Shown in pieces: positions 23,701 to 36,524 of a DNA stretch of 64,000 nt. Made by a program: the position numbers and the translations under genes. Below the pieces are notes generated by a model. That model had not been told where the DNA came from, made no database searches, and was given only the letters and a program-made list of their open reading frames with translations. The DNA is from Albugo candida (Eukaryota), in NCBI GenBank assembly GCA_040437565.1, contig JBDOQK010000007.1, positions 310,001-374,000 on the forward strand, given 5' to 3'. Positions within the stretch are counted from its first letter, which is position 1; the number at the start of each line of letters is the position of its first letter.

Positions 23701-26700
23701 CTGTTGGCTCGCGATACTAAGTTGATGCAAAGCAATGTTAAAGCCTACCGAGTCGGTGTTGGCTGTGATCCTCGCACAGCGTCGGCGATGCATGAACACG
23801 TGACACCAGCTGATGAGAGCGCGGGTATTCCTTTTATTAGACAACACAATTCATGCGTTACCTCATGTGTCAGCTGCTAAAGGAGAAATTTGCTATGCAG
23901 CGAAAAAATGCAAACGTCTTGAGATTTTGCATTCCGTACGGAGAGAACTTATTCGACTGAGCAAAGAGTCTGGTGTGCGATGAGTTAAAGTGTTCAAGAT
24001 CCTGGTCAAATTGTATGGAAACCGATAAGAAGTACGAAAATGGCAGGAGCAGGCCATTGATAGCGCGCAGATTTGGATGTACATGGGCTCTGATGGTGCG
24101 GTATCGACGTCTCCGTACGCGATACGCAAGTCAAAACACTTCAACTCTAGAAAGGCTTGGTCATGCTGCGAAAGCCGCCGTGAACACACCGATCTAAGGC
24201 GCAGCGATAGATCTTTTGATGCGAGCAATGCTCCTTATCAATCAAAACACCGAGGTGCGTTCGATGAGGATGGGACATAAAGTGTCACATACACGACGAC
24301 ATGATTTTTGAGGGACCAGAAGTGAACGCTGAACAAACCAAAATCATCGTCCAAGATCTGATGGGAAACCATTTGGACCGCCTTCTCTGTTGACCTACAG
24401 GTGCACGCAAAGATTGATTGTTCTTGGTATCGAGACAAGTAGTTCACCATCGATATTTTCGTTCGGCAGAGTAATCTGGTATGCGATAGAGATTCCGCCA
24501 AGTTCGTTTTTGAGCAAACAGAATCTGTTTTTGGGATTTGAAATCGGACAATTTTTTTTCAATAATTAAAAAAAAACTATACTGTAGCACACTACAAACA
24601 ATGCTAAAGACTGGAATTCTATCATCATAGAAGCGAGCGTACCGAACATGCACGCAAGAGGCGAGTCGGACCTACGGTTGATCAGGCGTTAGCGGGTCTA
24701 GAAAGTCTACGTTTACCTCTGTAATTTCTCGGCAGCAGCAACCACCAGACCAAATTGTTATAGGAGTGAGTAATGTACAATTCTTTGTNNNNNNNNNNNN
24801 NNNNNNNNNNNNNNNNNNNNNNNNNNNNNNNNNNNNNNNNNNNNNNNNNNNNNNNNNNNNNNNNNNNNNNNNNNNNNNNNNNNNNNNNGGCTGTGATCCT
24901 CGCACAGCGTCGGCGATGCATGAACACGTGACACCAGCTGATGAGAGCGCGGGTATTCCTTTTATTAGACAACACAATTCATGCGTTACCTCATGTGTCA
25001 GCTGCTAAAGGAGAAATTTGCTATGCAGCGAAAAAATGCAAACGTCTTGAGATTTTGCATTCCGTACGGAGAGAACTTATTCGACTGAGCAAAGAGTCTG
25101 GTGTGCGATGAGTTAAAGTGTTCAAGATCCTGGTCAAATTGTATGGAAACCGATAAGAAGTACGAAAATGGCAGGAGCAGGCCATTGATAGCGCGCAGAT
25201 TTGGATGTACATGGGCTCTGATGGTGCGGTATCGACGTCTCCGTACGCGATACGCAAGTCAAAACACTTCAACTCTAGAAAGGCTTGGTCATGCTGCGAA
25301 AGCCGCCGTGAACACACCGATCTAAGGCGCAGCGATAGATCTTTTGATGCGAGCAATGCTCCTTATCAATCAAAACACCGAGGTGCGTTCGATGAGGATG
25401 GGACATAAAGTGTCACATACACGACGACATGATTTTTGAGGGACCAGAAGTGAACGCTGAACAAACCAAAATCATCGTCCAAGATCTGATGGGAAACCAT
25501 TTGGACCGCCTTCTCTGTTGACCTACAGGTGCACGCAAAGATTGATTGTTCTTGGTATCGAGACAAGTAGTTCACCATCGATATTTTCGTTCGGCAGAGT
25601 AATCTGGTATGCGATAGAGATTCCGCCAAGTTCGTTTTTGAGCAAACAGAATCTGTTTTTGGGATTTGAAATCGGACAATTTTTTTTCAATAATTAAAAA
25701 AAAACTATACTGTAGCACACTACAAACAATGCTAAAGACTGGAATTCTATCATCATAGAAGCGAGCGTACCGAACATGCACGCAAGAGGCGAGTCGGACC
25801 TACGGTTGATCAGGCGTTAGCGGGTCTAGAAAGTCTACGTTTACCTCTGTAATTTCTCGGCAGCAGCAACCACCAGACCAAATTGTTATAGGAGTGAGTA
25901 ATGTACAATTCTTTGTATCATCCCCGAATGAAAAGTCTCAAGTAGCAAGAGAGATAAGAAAGATAAAGATATTAGACTGCTGTGGAGGCAACCGCACAAA
26001 TAGCGATCTATCCCTAATCCGCGCAAAGTAATATGAAGATTGAGAGCTGGCTAAAGCATGTGATTTGATTCGCTTTGATCAACGAAAATCGCTTTAGTCC
26101 GCTTCAGCTATTCCAATAAATAGTTCATCGTGGTCATCTTTAGTCCTCACTTTCAAAAAGAAGAACATTGTATACTTAAAGACAGCTTTAGTCAACTCGA
26201 TCCGATGTAGATTCGCAAGTATTATCACTACGACTATATACGGTTTGCAAAGCTCAGTCCTTTGAGTGAGTATCTCATGATTTATCCCCGCTTTAGTCAA
26301 CACGACATCCACTGTAATTAAACTTGGGTAGTGTCGGCCAAGTATCGTTGAAGCTCTACTCTCCTTCCGACATCACACCACCGAACACCACAACTTCCGC
26401 GGTCATTACCTCCACTCCACTATCTGGAGGAAAACCCAGCTCCACCAGGACCATCACAACCAGTAGAGTCGGTTGGGGATATAACCATACAGGTGGCTCG
26501 TTACCGTGTGGAGCTACTTCGACACATACTTTTGAAAGTACAGCCTCGTCATTACTTGTCGCTGTTGCTCGCATCTATGGAGTTGGATACATATAATTGA
26601 AGCGGTGGCCAATCCATTGTATGGAACCCGCTTTGAAATGACTCCTGAGAACAGGAATGCCAAAAAGGTATCGAACCATTTGTTTTCTAAAGCGCCACAC

Positions 26701-27052
26701 AAAGGTCGANNNNNNNNNNNNNNNNNNNNNNNNNNNNNNNNNNNNNNNNNNNNNNNNNNNNNNNNNNNNNNNNNNNNNNNNNNNNNNNNNNNNNNNNNNN
26801 NNNNNNNNNCGCTTTAGTCCGCTTCAGCTATTCCAATAAATAGTTCATCGTGGTCATCTTTAGTCCTCACTTTCAAAAAGAAGAACATTGTATACTTAAA
26901 GACAGCTTTAGTCAACTCGATCCGATGTAGATTCGCAAGTATTATCACTACGACTATATACGGTTTGCAAAGCTCAGTCCTTTGAGTGAGTATCTCATGA
27001 TTTATCCCCGCTTTAGTCAACACGACATCCACTGTAATTAAACTTGGGTAGT

Positions 27053-27480
27053 GTCGGCCAAGTATCGTTGAAGCTCTACTCTCCTTCCGACATCACACCA
27101 CCGAACACCACAACTTCCGCGGTCATTACCTCCACTCCACTATCTGGAGGAAAACCCAGCTCCACCAGGACCATCACAACCAGTAGAGTCGGTTGGGGAT
27201 ATAACCATACAGGTGGCTCGTTACCGTGTGGAGCTACTTCGACACATACTTTTGAAAGTACAGCCTCGTCATTACTTGTCGCTGTTGCTCGCATCTATGG
27301 AGTTGGATACATATAATTGAAGCGGTGGCCAATCCATTGTATGGAACCCGCTTTGAAATGACTCCTGAGAACAGGAATGCCAAAAAGGTATCGAACCATT
27401 TGTTTTCTAAAGCGCCACACAAAGGTCGAAAGGAGATCGACCAAATTGAGTTTGTCGATCTCCTTAGATTTGCAGTGACA
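27053..27480 (+). repeat. Decayed repeat copy related to about 2600-3045 (opposite strand); also at 26333-26709 through an assembly overlap
   Basis: Related peptides LPPLHYLEENPAPPGPSQPVESVGDITIQVAR vs LPSLLPQEDKPAPPVPSASVEWDGHISMHLAR, and HLFSKAPHKG vs HFAKTLHKG. Confidence 0.7.
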
Positions 27481-28508
27481 GTGTAACAAATCTTTTTCTT
27501 CGTACTGTCCTGGTTATAATACAGCTGCAGAATGAGCGAATGAAGTTTATAAAACGGTCAAGGCTGAGTAAAGATTGATTTTCTGTGAGCTATTGCCTCC
27601 AACCCGTCCGAATCGTCCGGAACACATCTCGTCTTGGTAATTTTAAGACACCACTCGATCCAGCTTTCGATGCTTCGAGTGGAACGATTCGACACGAATC
27701 AGGTCGCTAAGCGTTTTTGGAATAGCTTTAGCATCTGGGTGTGGTAGAACCTTGGCGAATATCATATCCTGACGATAAAGTATTTACAAGACCATAACCG
27801 CGCGAGAATCGATCACCTTACATCTGCATGTTGGGCGAGCATTCAGGAGATCATCTGGCACAAAAAGTAACTTTTGCGAATTCTACTAATTCACTGGAAC
27901 GAGATTATCGGAATTGTTCATTACGACTATTCGAATATCCTCATTTGTTGAAGTAATCGAATTGGAAGTGAATTTCGTGCTAAACAGGTGCGGACAACTT
28001 CGAATCCCAGAAAAATGTGGGAAAGTTGAAAGACGAAAATCAAGAAAAAGCTCCAGGCAATTCGAAAATTGCACAAGATAGCCGAATTCATGTTAAGTCT
28101 ACATAGCGTGTTTGGAAGCCGCAGCAGCTCGATATCACACTCAGGACACCAAATCAGTCACGGTATTTTTTCGAATCAAGTATAAAAAAGTTCAGGATTT
28201 CGGTCGAGAACAACGCTAGGTACAACCAATGAAAGTTTTCATCAGCACGTGAAGCATATGGAGAGCTCGTCCAACCATTTTTTGCCATCGGATAGTTCTT
28301 GTCATCGCATGCCGATGGAAAATACTACTTAGATATGTCGCACCGTGACATCGGACCCAAGGGAAATTACTGACGTATTAGGGATCCTTGAGGAGGTTAA
28401 ATGGGATATTTCGATAGCTAATAGACGACCTAGTTGATCCATGTGCAAGAAATCAGAAAAAGGTACTGGATTGGATTGAAGGATCCCTTGAGTCAGAAGA
28501 GCAAGACC

Positions 28509-28660
28509 GTCGTGATGGTGGGTGGCTCGTACGTGAGTCTGGGAGGAATGTATTCGACTGCGATTCTTTCCGAATATCCGTGCTTAAAGCCTTCACGACC
28601 GTGCTTGCAGTTTTTTTCAGATGGAATGTTGCGCAAACAGTTCGAACGTTCACAGGTTTG
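28509..28660 (-). pseudogene. CFAP65: CFAP65 5' pseudogene fragment (inverted copy of 63790-64000; may extend to lower coordinates)
   Basis: Reverse complement aaagaatcgcagtcgaatacattcct...tcacgtacgagccacccaccatca vs aaacaattgcagtcaaaaacgtttcct...tcaagtacgagctacccgccacca. The position is collinear with the CCDC40 duplication once the gypsy element is removed. The alignment is short. Confidence 0.6.
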
Positions 28661-28699
28661 GACAGTTATTATATGCCGTAGGCTATTGTAAATAGCGTT

Positions 28700-31600
28700 G
28701 CGACATGCTGTTGTAAATGGGATGGGGGCTTATGATCAACATCTTCATGATTGGAAACCAATCCGATATATAGCGTACAGTGTACGGTGCATGTCCATCA
28801 TTGTATCATGGCCAGTACGGTACAAATAGACGTGTGGTACACATCAGTCTAGTTCATATCTATTGGATAATAAACCAATGGCTGCGGGCGAACCCTTCCG
28901 TTAGGCTTAGAAAAACTAGTGTAGTGAACTAAGGACCTTAAGAAAATAGTATATATACTTTTGCTTTACATTGCTGTGTAGTGTATCCGGATTATTCCAG
29001 CCCTCTGATCAAGCGCCTCGAGTAGTCTCACCCGGAGACCACCACAGAGATGTTTGGTATACAGCTACGAAAATGTACCAAGCAATAAGAAGAGAGAGGA
29101 CGCTCTAAGGTCAGGAACTCGACGACCAAGGAGATGTCGTCATGTCGGAAGTTCCAATACCCATTTTCCAGGCGGTGTAAGCTCCAAGGATGGCGAGTAC
29201 CGACCGCGAATTCCTAGCAGAACGAAAAAGAGCGAGAATCCAGTACGAAAGACTGGTGAAAAGAAACGATGGCGTCAATGCCGTTTCAATAAGAGACTCT
29301 GTTGGTCCCATTGTGTAGGAAGCGCTGGTGAACTGGATTTATAATGTGGACTCAGAGGAGGATATCACGGAGGAGATGGTTCTAACGTTTGTAAAGAAAA
29401 AGCGCGAGATTGGTGCTATGGATGGAAACGCTGGAGCAATCCCTCAAGTCTTCGCAAATTTAGAAATGGATTTGGATGTGCCAGATACCTATTCCTGATG
29501 CTTGAAGATGTTTCATGAATTCGAGCAAAGGTCTAAACGAGCCATTCTGTCGGGATATCTTGAGAAGAACCCTAAAGAACAACGCAAATTTCTCGTCAAC
29601 GCGGTTAGACCTATAGAGCTTAGTTCACAATCCGTCGAATGGTCAAGTTTGAAGTCGATGGCATGAGGTCAGAGCCGAAGATGCTATTCAAAGAATTGAC
29701 AAAAAATCAGCACAAATCAATGAGTCTTATTTGGCAGCAAACTTTCTCGGGACTGCCACTGGAGACATCAAACCGATAGGATGTGACGCTGAATAAGTGA
29801 AACGACCAATAGAAAAGTCGAGAAATCAGAGAGTCAAAGATTACACACATGCACAAATGGCCTTGGGTAAAACTAGCGTTGCAACCGCTGCATTAAAGAA
29901 GCTTAAGAGAACCGAAGCAGGGATGCTAGAATTGGGGTCAAGATCACTGTATGAGTGAATGTTCGAGCTGAATCGAAGGTTGAAGAAAGAAGTGGCTGCA
30001 CAAAAACGGGCCAAATTTTCAGCGAAGAAGTTACGACGTTTGAGTGGCGCTAAACAAAGAAGTGTTTGAAGTGGACAGTGGAAAGTTATTACTACTACTT
30101 CTTGTCCAGATAACGGAGTAGATTATACCGTTATGTCGGAGAGCTTGGTCAAAAGATTGGTCGATGCCGTAATGAAGGTCAATGTGAAGAGCATTTAGTC
30201 AAGAAAGTGCCGCACGGGAAACGTGGAAATGTTCAAAGACTGTTGCCAAAAAGTGAACATGCACTTGTGTCTGCAGACTTCAGTTGGTCCTGTGAAGTTC
30301 CCGGATACGGATTGTTACATTGTTCAAGAAGCATCGTGGGAAATGCTTATTGAAAAATCTTTGAAGGATTATTGGATAAATCAGCTCTCATTTGGATGGA
30401 CGACCTGTTGTTGTTTGCAAGCGATGAGGTCATTTTTCTCAAGATGTTTTGAATTTTGTGAAAATGTTCAGATTGAAGGTCAACTCTGATAAAACCAGTC
30501 CGTTCATGAAAGAAGCTAGATGGTGTAAGAAAATTTATAATGGAGATGGCCGGTCAAATTGTCTGGAACGCCAGGAACAAAACGAGTGGCGAGAGGTATG
30601 TCATTAGTATTGCATCAGGAGCAGATGGATTGCTTTCAGATAGCTAAGGAGCTCTGAATGAAAAGCGTGAAGCTGCATCAGTTGGTCAAAACCGCTGTGG
30701 TGTGTCTGTTTACGGATGTAAGCTTGTTTATAGGAGTGTAGTAGTAACCCAAGTGGAAGAGTGGGAGTCGTCATTACCCGTGGAGAAACAAGCAGTCATA
30801 TTCCTGTCTGGCTTTTTTAGTAAAGCCGAATTAAATTGGGCGGTCAATGAGAAGGAGGCGTTTCCTCTTATTCTGGCTCTGGAAAGGCAGACTATATTCT
30901 TCGTCTTTTGAATGGAATCAGAATGTATCGTGATCACAAGAATCTCATTCGTATTTTTGCTCCAGACCGAAACACAAAAAAGAGCTCAGTTGAAAGAATT
31001 CATCAGTGAATCATTGAACTGATGTCCTTCGTATATAATCCTTATCATATCGCAGGAACTTTGAATGTTTGGGCAGATATCCTTTGTCGCTGATTAGATG
31101 CACCAGATGAGCTCAAGTCAATAAGAAAGTTGAGTAGAAACCCCACTTCCGTCTCCGACCAATATTCTCCTATCGAGTCATTGGGAGCAGAAAATATTCC
31201 CTTGCCAGCATATGAAGTTATAGGGCAGATGAAGAAGACATATTCTCCCTGTGGAGTTGCCGGTTTGAAATTTTGCAAGTTGAAACAAGCTTGGAAGAAA
31301 GAGGGGCTTATTTGGATCCCCAATCAAGATGTGGAAATCAGTATTCGACTACTGATTATTGGACACCATGGTATAGCAGGACATCGGGTTTCAAAGGCTT
31401 TATCATCCATGCTGGGAGGAAAGTCTGGATACATCAGCTTCAAGCCAATTGCGAACTGTCTTATCTGTTCACAAACCAAGGGGGGGGGGGAATTATTTCG
31501 AGACCGTGGAGCACTGTACTTGGACACCCCAAACGGAACGAGCGATTGCATTGAGATTACTGCTTTGGTGGTACATCGTACAATGGGTAGCAATGGGTGC

Positions 31601-32210
31601 TCGTATTGAAAGATGCTTCAATTCATTATTGTTTATTGCGTGCTTGTGACAACCCGAGTGCTGAAAGTGCTGCTTCGTGCATGCTTAAAAGAAATATGCT
31701 CATGATGATGCCAAAAATTTGGGTCAGAGATAGCGGAACTCACTCCAAAAACAAAGTGATCACTGATCTCCCTCGTCTTACCGGATCCTCATGAGAATAT
31801 ATTCTTGCGTATTGTCATGGAAAAACGGAAGTGTAGAGCGCGTCAATAGAGATTTACTTTAGGTGCTGAGGGCTACGGTGGCAGAAATGAAACTGGGTAT
31901 GAAGAAATGGCCTGATATTATCTCAAGTGTTATGAGAATTTTGAATCAAACTCCTCATTAATCGCTCGAGGGAAGAAGTGCCACTGAATGTTTTACAGTA
32001 TTGAAGCCAGATACTCCATTAGATCGTGTTACGATTGATGATATGGCTAGCCTGAGCGCACTGGAAAGGCGTACATGTGGTGCAGATTTTGCACCAGTCA
32101 CTAGTCGATACCCATATGAAGATTGCTGATGAAGTGGAGAGAAGAAAACTCTAGAGTCAACTGGCTCAGAGAGGTGTGCAACCTGCGTTATTTACTGCTG
32201 GTGCGAAAGT
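28700..32210 (+). mobile_element. Degenerate Ty3/gypsy LTR retrotransposon (gag, protease, truncated RT, RNase H, integrase)
   Basis: PBS-like tggtatacagc at 29055. Protease-like DNGVDYTVMS. RT C-terminal FMKEARWC. RNase H FLSGFFSKAELNWAVNEKEAFPLILALER. Integrase H..HR..CLIC, WVRDSGTH, NGSVERVNR. Many stops; no RT catalytic core or 3' LTR seen. Confidence 0.85.
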
Positions 32211-33025
32211 TTCCCGATCCTTTAAGTACCCTAGACAGCTGAAGTTGACAGCGTTGAATTTGATGGATACAAGGTTGCAAACAACTCTGTAAATAGGTAA
32301 CTTAAACCTCTAAAAGTCTTACTCCTATAAAATAGTTAGCTAGCTGAAGAAAGCCTTCTCATATCTTGAAGAAAGAGTTTAAGAAAATCAAACGAAATGT
32401 TCTTGTGACTGCCGAGTAGATTAGACTTTACCTAATCCAGGTCTTCAGGTGTTATGACTAGCAGACGATGCACCCTGCCTTTTGATTTCCTTCTATATGG
32501 TCTATTCTGATCAATGTAGCGAATGGAGTGTTTAGAGTTGTAGATGAGCACATTCCTACTGACGAAAACGCAGTGTTGCCGGATATTTTTTTGTGTCTGC
32601 CCAGATATCTAGTGCAGCTATGTTCTGCAGCGCATGATAAGCAATGAGTAGACAAACTAACATACTGAAACGCCGACCGGACCAACCAGCCTCATTTTTA
32701 GATTGCTGTGGACGTCACAGAGAAGTGGCAAATCATGTACTCATTTTGAGACAATACGTACACGTACCTTAGTCAAGAATGTATTACGCTTTGACGCTCA
32801 GAGCTTCCCGGATTTATCGCACAAGGATTTGTAAAATGGTGTGTTGTGCAGAAAATCAAGCTTCATTTCAATGCATCGGCTTGTACCGAAGAGCGGGACT
32901 GAGACTTGAGCATTAAAAAAAACGAAAAATGAAACGTAAGTACATAGGCTATTTCGGCCAGCAAATAAAATCATTTACGTCACATTGTGCCTTTATTCCA
33001 GCAAACTTTAGCGCCACTTCTCATC

Positions 33026-36000
33026 TCAGTTGACCGGAGGCTCCTCGGCGAGAAGTGAAACGCGATTCAATATTTCCAAAAGATGCGGATTTTGATCTTG
33101 CAGCTTTACGATGATGTTCTTCACTGCATCCAAATTTTGTTTAGAACGTTCGCGATCCTGCTGTACTTTGAAAGTGGAATCAGAATCTTCTTCCGGACTA
33201 GTCATAGCCGCTTTGCACAAATGATCGAAGCGTTTGAGCAATTTTTGCTTCCTCGCCTCAGCGTCGACAAGTCGTTGTTTTTCATATAGTCCATTATTGA
33301 TCGATTGTTGTAGTGTGAGACTTTTCTCTTCCTCCGCTTTGAGCTCTGCTGTTATATTCTCCAATTGAAAAGAAAGATCCTCAGAATGCACCAGCTTAGT
33401 CTTCATCTCGTTGTCGACTTTTGCCGCTCGTTTTTCCATATTCCGTAAATTATTTTGCAATGTGGAAACTTTGGTTGTTAAGGAGGCGTACGTAAGTTCT
33501 GTATCCTTCTTACTGCGTCCTCGCATCGCGATAATGTCACGCTTGTGGATTGCTTGTTCCATGTCTTGCAACATTTGTTCCTGACTTCGCTGCAGGGCCT
33601 CAAATCGAATTCGCATCCTGTGAATTTCTTTCTCCATGCTTTTTGCTTCCGCTTGACCAACTTCCGGGTCTAGCGCTGCTTGCGTCTCTTTCTCCAGTTG
33701 TAGTTTCTTTTNNNNNNNNNNNNNNNNNNNNNNNNNNNNNNNNNNNNNNNNNNNNNNNNNNNNNNNNNNNNNNNNNNNNNNNNNNNNNNNNNNNNNNNNN
33801 NNNNNNNNNNNGCGTACGTAAGTTCTGTATCCTTCTTACTGCGTCCTCGCATCGCGATAATGTCACGCTTGTGGATTGCTTGTTCCATGTCTTGCAACAT
33901 TTGTTCCTGACTTCGCTGCAGGGCCTCAAATCGAATTCGCATCCTGTGAATTTCTTTCTCCATGCTTTTTGCTTCCGCTTGACCAACTTCCGGGTCTAGC
34001 GCTGCTTGCGTCTCTTTCTCCAGTTGTAGTTTCTTTTCCCACAACAAAAGCTGGCGCTCTATTTCCACGATTCTATCAAGCAATGCTTGCTTCTCCATTT
34101 TGAGTTGTGTAGCTTGGCTTTCTAAGAAAATAGAATCAGATTCCAAACTTCGGAGTTCTTGTTTAAATTCTAATTCCAGCCCGTGATTTATACTCAAAAG
34201 TTCTTCCTGACGATGATTCTGCTTGGAAATAAGGTCATTAAGCTTTATAATATCATTGTGCATTGTCTCAATACCCAATTTCAAATCTTTCATATCCTTT
34301 CGCATTGCGTCAATCTGACTTTGTAATCGCAAGGATCTTTGTTCAGAAACACTTGTTTTGCTTGTAAGTTGTTGATTTATTTCACTCATTTCCTGGGAGT
34401 CAGATGATAATTGTATTAGTGATGTCTGTAATTGTAACCACTCCTTCTGCTTGTCAGCATTTAGCTTCCGATTTCGTCCTATGTCCCGAGAAATCATTTT
34501 TATAGTCGCTTCTAGCGGCCCAGTGTTTTCGTCCTCCATTTTAGACACAAGTTGCTCATATTTCTTGTTTAAACGGTCCAATCGTAGCATTTTCTTCTCA
34601 ATTTCATCATTTCTTTGTCGGATTTCTAATTCTATTTTTTCAACTTGCAGGTCGGTTTGTTTGAGTTCCTCGGTATATTTGCTATGTGCTTCTGTCAGCT
34701 GACCTGTTTGAGCTTGTATATTTAGGGTTTCCACATTGACCCGTGCAATCTCATTTTGGATTTTAGCTAATGCGATCTCATTCTCATGTACAGATTTTTG
34801 CAGACGTTGTGTTTCTTTACTAGCATTATGAGCGGCTTTATTTACTATGGTTTCAGCGTTCTTCTGTATAGCGATTTGATCCTCAAGAGCATGCCTTTCT
34901 TTCTGTGTTGTCTCAAGCTGTGTTTGTATCTGTGATGCCTCCTCTTCGAGCTTCTTTCCTTCTGCGCTTACCGCAGCTGCCTGTACCTCGGTCTGTTTGA
35001 GGGATTTTGCCAACATTTTATATCGTTCGGATAGTCGATCGTGTTCCTGTTGTAAAGTGACGATCTGTTCTTCCACAAAACGTATTTCAGAGCTAAATCG
35101 CTCGATTGTTGCAGTTAGAGTCTCATGCACTCGCTGCGATTTTTCGATCGCATAAGTGTACCCACGTATCTCGGTTGCAAGTGACATATCCTCTTCTTCA
35201 ATCCTCGTAATGGCTTCTTGTGTGGCTTGCAAAGCTCGATCTCTTTTTTGCATACTGATCAAAGCGCTTTTCCACTGTACAATAAGCTGTTTTTTTTCAA
35301 ACGCTATTGCTTCCATTTGTTCGGAGGCTTCTCTCACAGTCTTTTCTGCTGCAGTTGTTGCTCCTTTTTGCCTCTTAAGTTGCACCACAAGGACTTCTAT
35401 CTTTCCATGCAGGTTTTTGATCTGGTCATTTAGACTATCAATGTATAGATCCTGCTTGACTTTATCTTTTTCCATCGTGGTCATACTCTTCTCCGTCTTA
35501 TGAGCGGCTCTTTGTGTCCTTGAAATCTCGCTTTTTATTTCTTTGTTATAAGCTTCGACTTGTCGTAGTGTGGCATTTAGAGCATCTAACTCTGTCTGTG
35601 TCTTGTTAAGCTCACCACGTCGATGGTCTAAATCTATAGTTTTCTGCTTCACCAACTCTCTCCATTCATCTAGTCGATCTTCAGCTTGAAATCGCTCTTC
35701 ATGAAATGCACTGACCTTGGAATGAGAAGCTTCCAAAGCTAATTGCAACTTCGCCAAATGTTGTTGCACACCGTACAGCGCAACTCCGACGTCTTCGCGC
35801 TTCTTTTTCATTCCGCGTAATTCTTCTTCTTTCTCCCGCAATTCTAAGGTGATTCGATAATCATTGCCCTTCAATTGATCATACAAAACTTGCTGAATCC
35901 GCTGCATTCGTTCATGANNNNNNNNNNNNNNNNNNNNNNNNNNNNNNNNNNNNNNNNNNNNNNNNNNNNNNNNNNNNNNNNNNNNNNNNNNNNNNNNNNN

Positions 36001-36367
36001 NNNNNNNNNNNNNNNNNTCATGAAATGCACTGACCTTGGAATGAGAAGCTTCCAAAGCTAATTGCAACTTCGCCAAATGTTGTTGCACACCGTACAGCGC
36101 AACTCCGACGTCTTCGCGCTTCTTTTTCATTCCGCGTAATTCTTCTTCTTTCTCCCGCAATTCTAAGGTGATTCGATAATCATTGCCCTTCAATTGATCA
36201 TACAAAACTTGCTGAATCCGCTGCATTCGTTCATGACGACCCATATCGACAATAGTCTGTTCTACATTTTCTACTTCGCTTGCTTCATCGCTGCTTGACG
36301 TCAAGCTAGCAGCTTCATCCTCTTCAGATATTCTTTCGCCATTCACACTGCCAGAAACTGGAGCCAT
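33026..36367 (-). CDS. CCDC40: Coiled-coil domain-containing protein 40 (axonemal ruler), apparently intronless, interrupted by two assembly overlaps
   Basis: REDVGVALYGVQQHLAKLQ and ERQLLLWEKKLQLEKE...DPEVGQAE...EKEIHRMRIR...QEQMLQDMEQAI match conserved CCDC40 segments. ORFs 35912-36424, 33670-36030 and 33026-33637 overlap across the gaps. Confidence 0.88.
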
Positions 36368-36524
36368 TCGGAAATGCGAAGCTGTAATATGACTATAATT
36401 ATCACGGGAACCTTGAGCAGTCAAAGAAACGGAATCAAGAAACTAATTTAAGTATGTGTCAGCTACGAAACTTTTGGATGAGAAGTACATGAATTTATAT
36501 TTGATGAGTTTCAAAGCTCTGTCA

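Noticed and set aside
32430-32695. CxxC-containing ORF as an Albugo CHxC/CCG effector
   Set aside because: No intact signal peptide in the same frame, and the motif lacks the conserved Gly. The region is a decayed part of block B, mirrored at about 63.1-63.4 kb.
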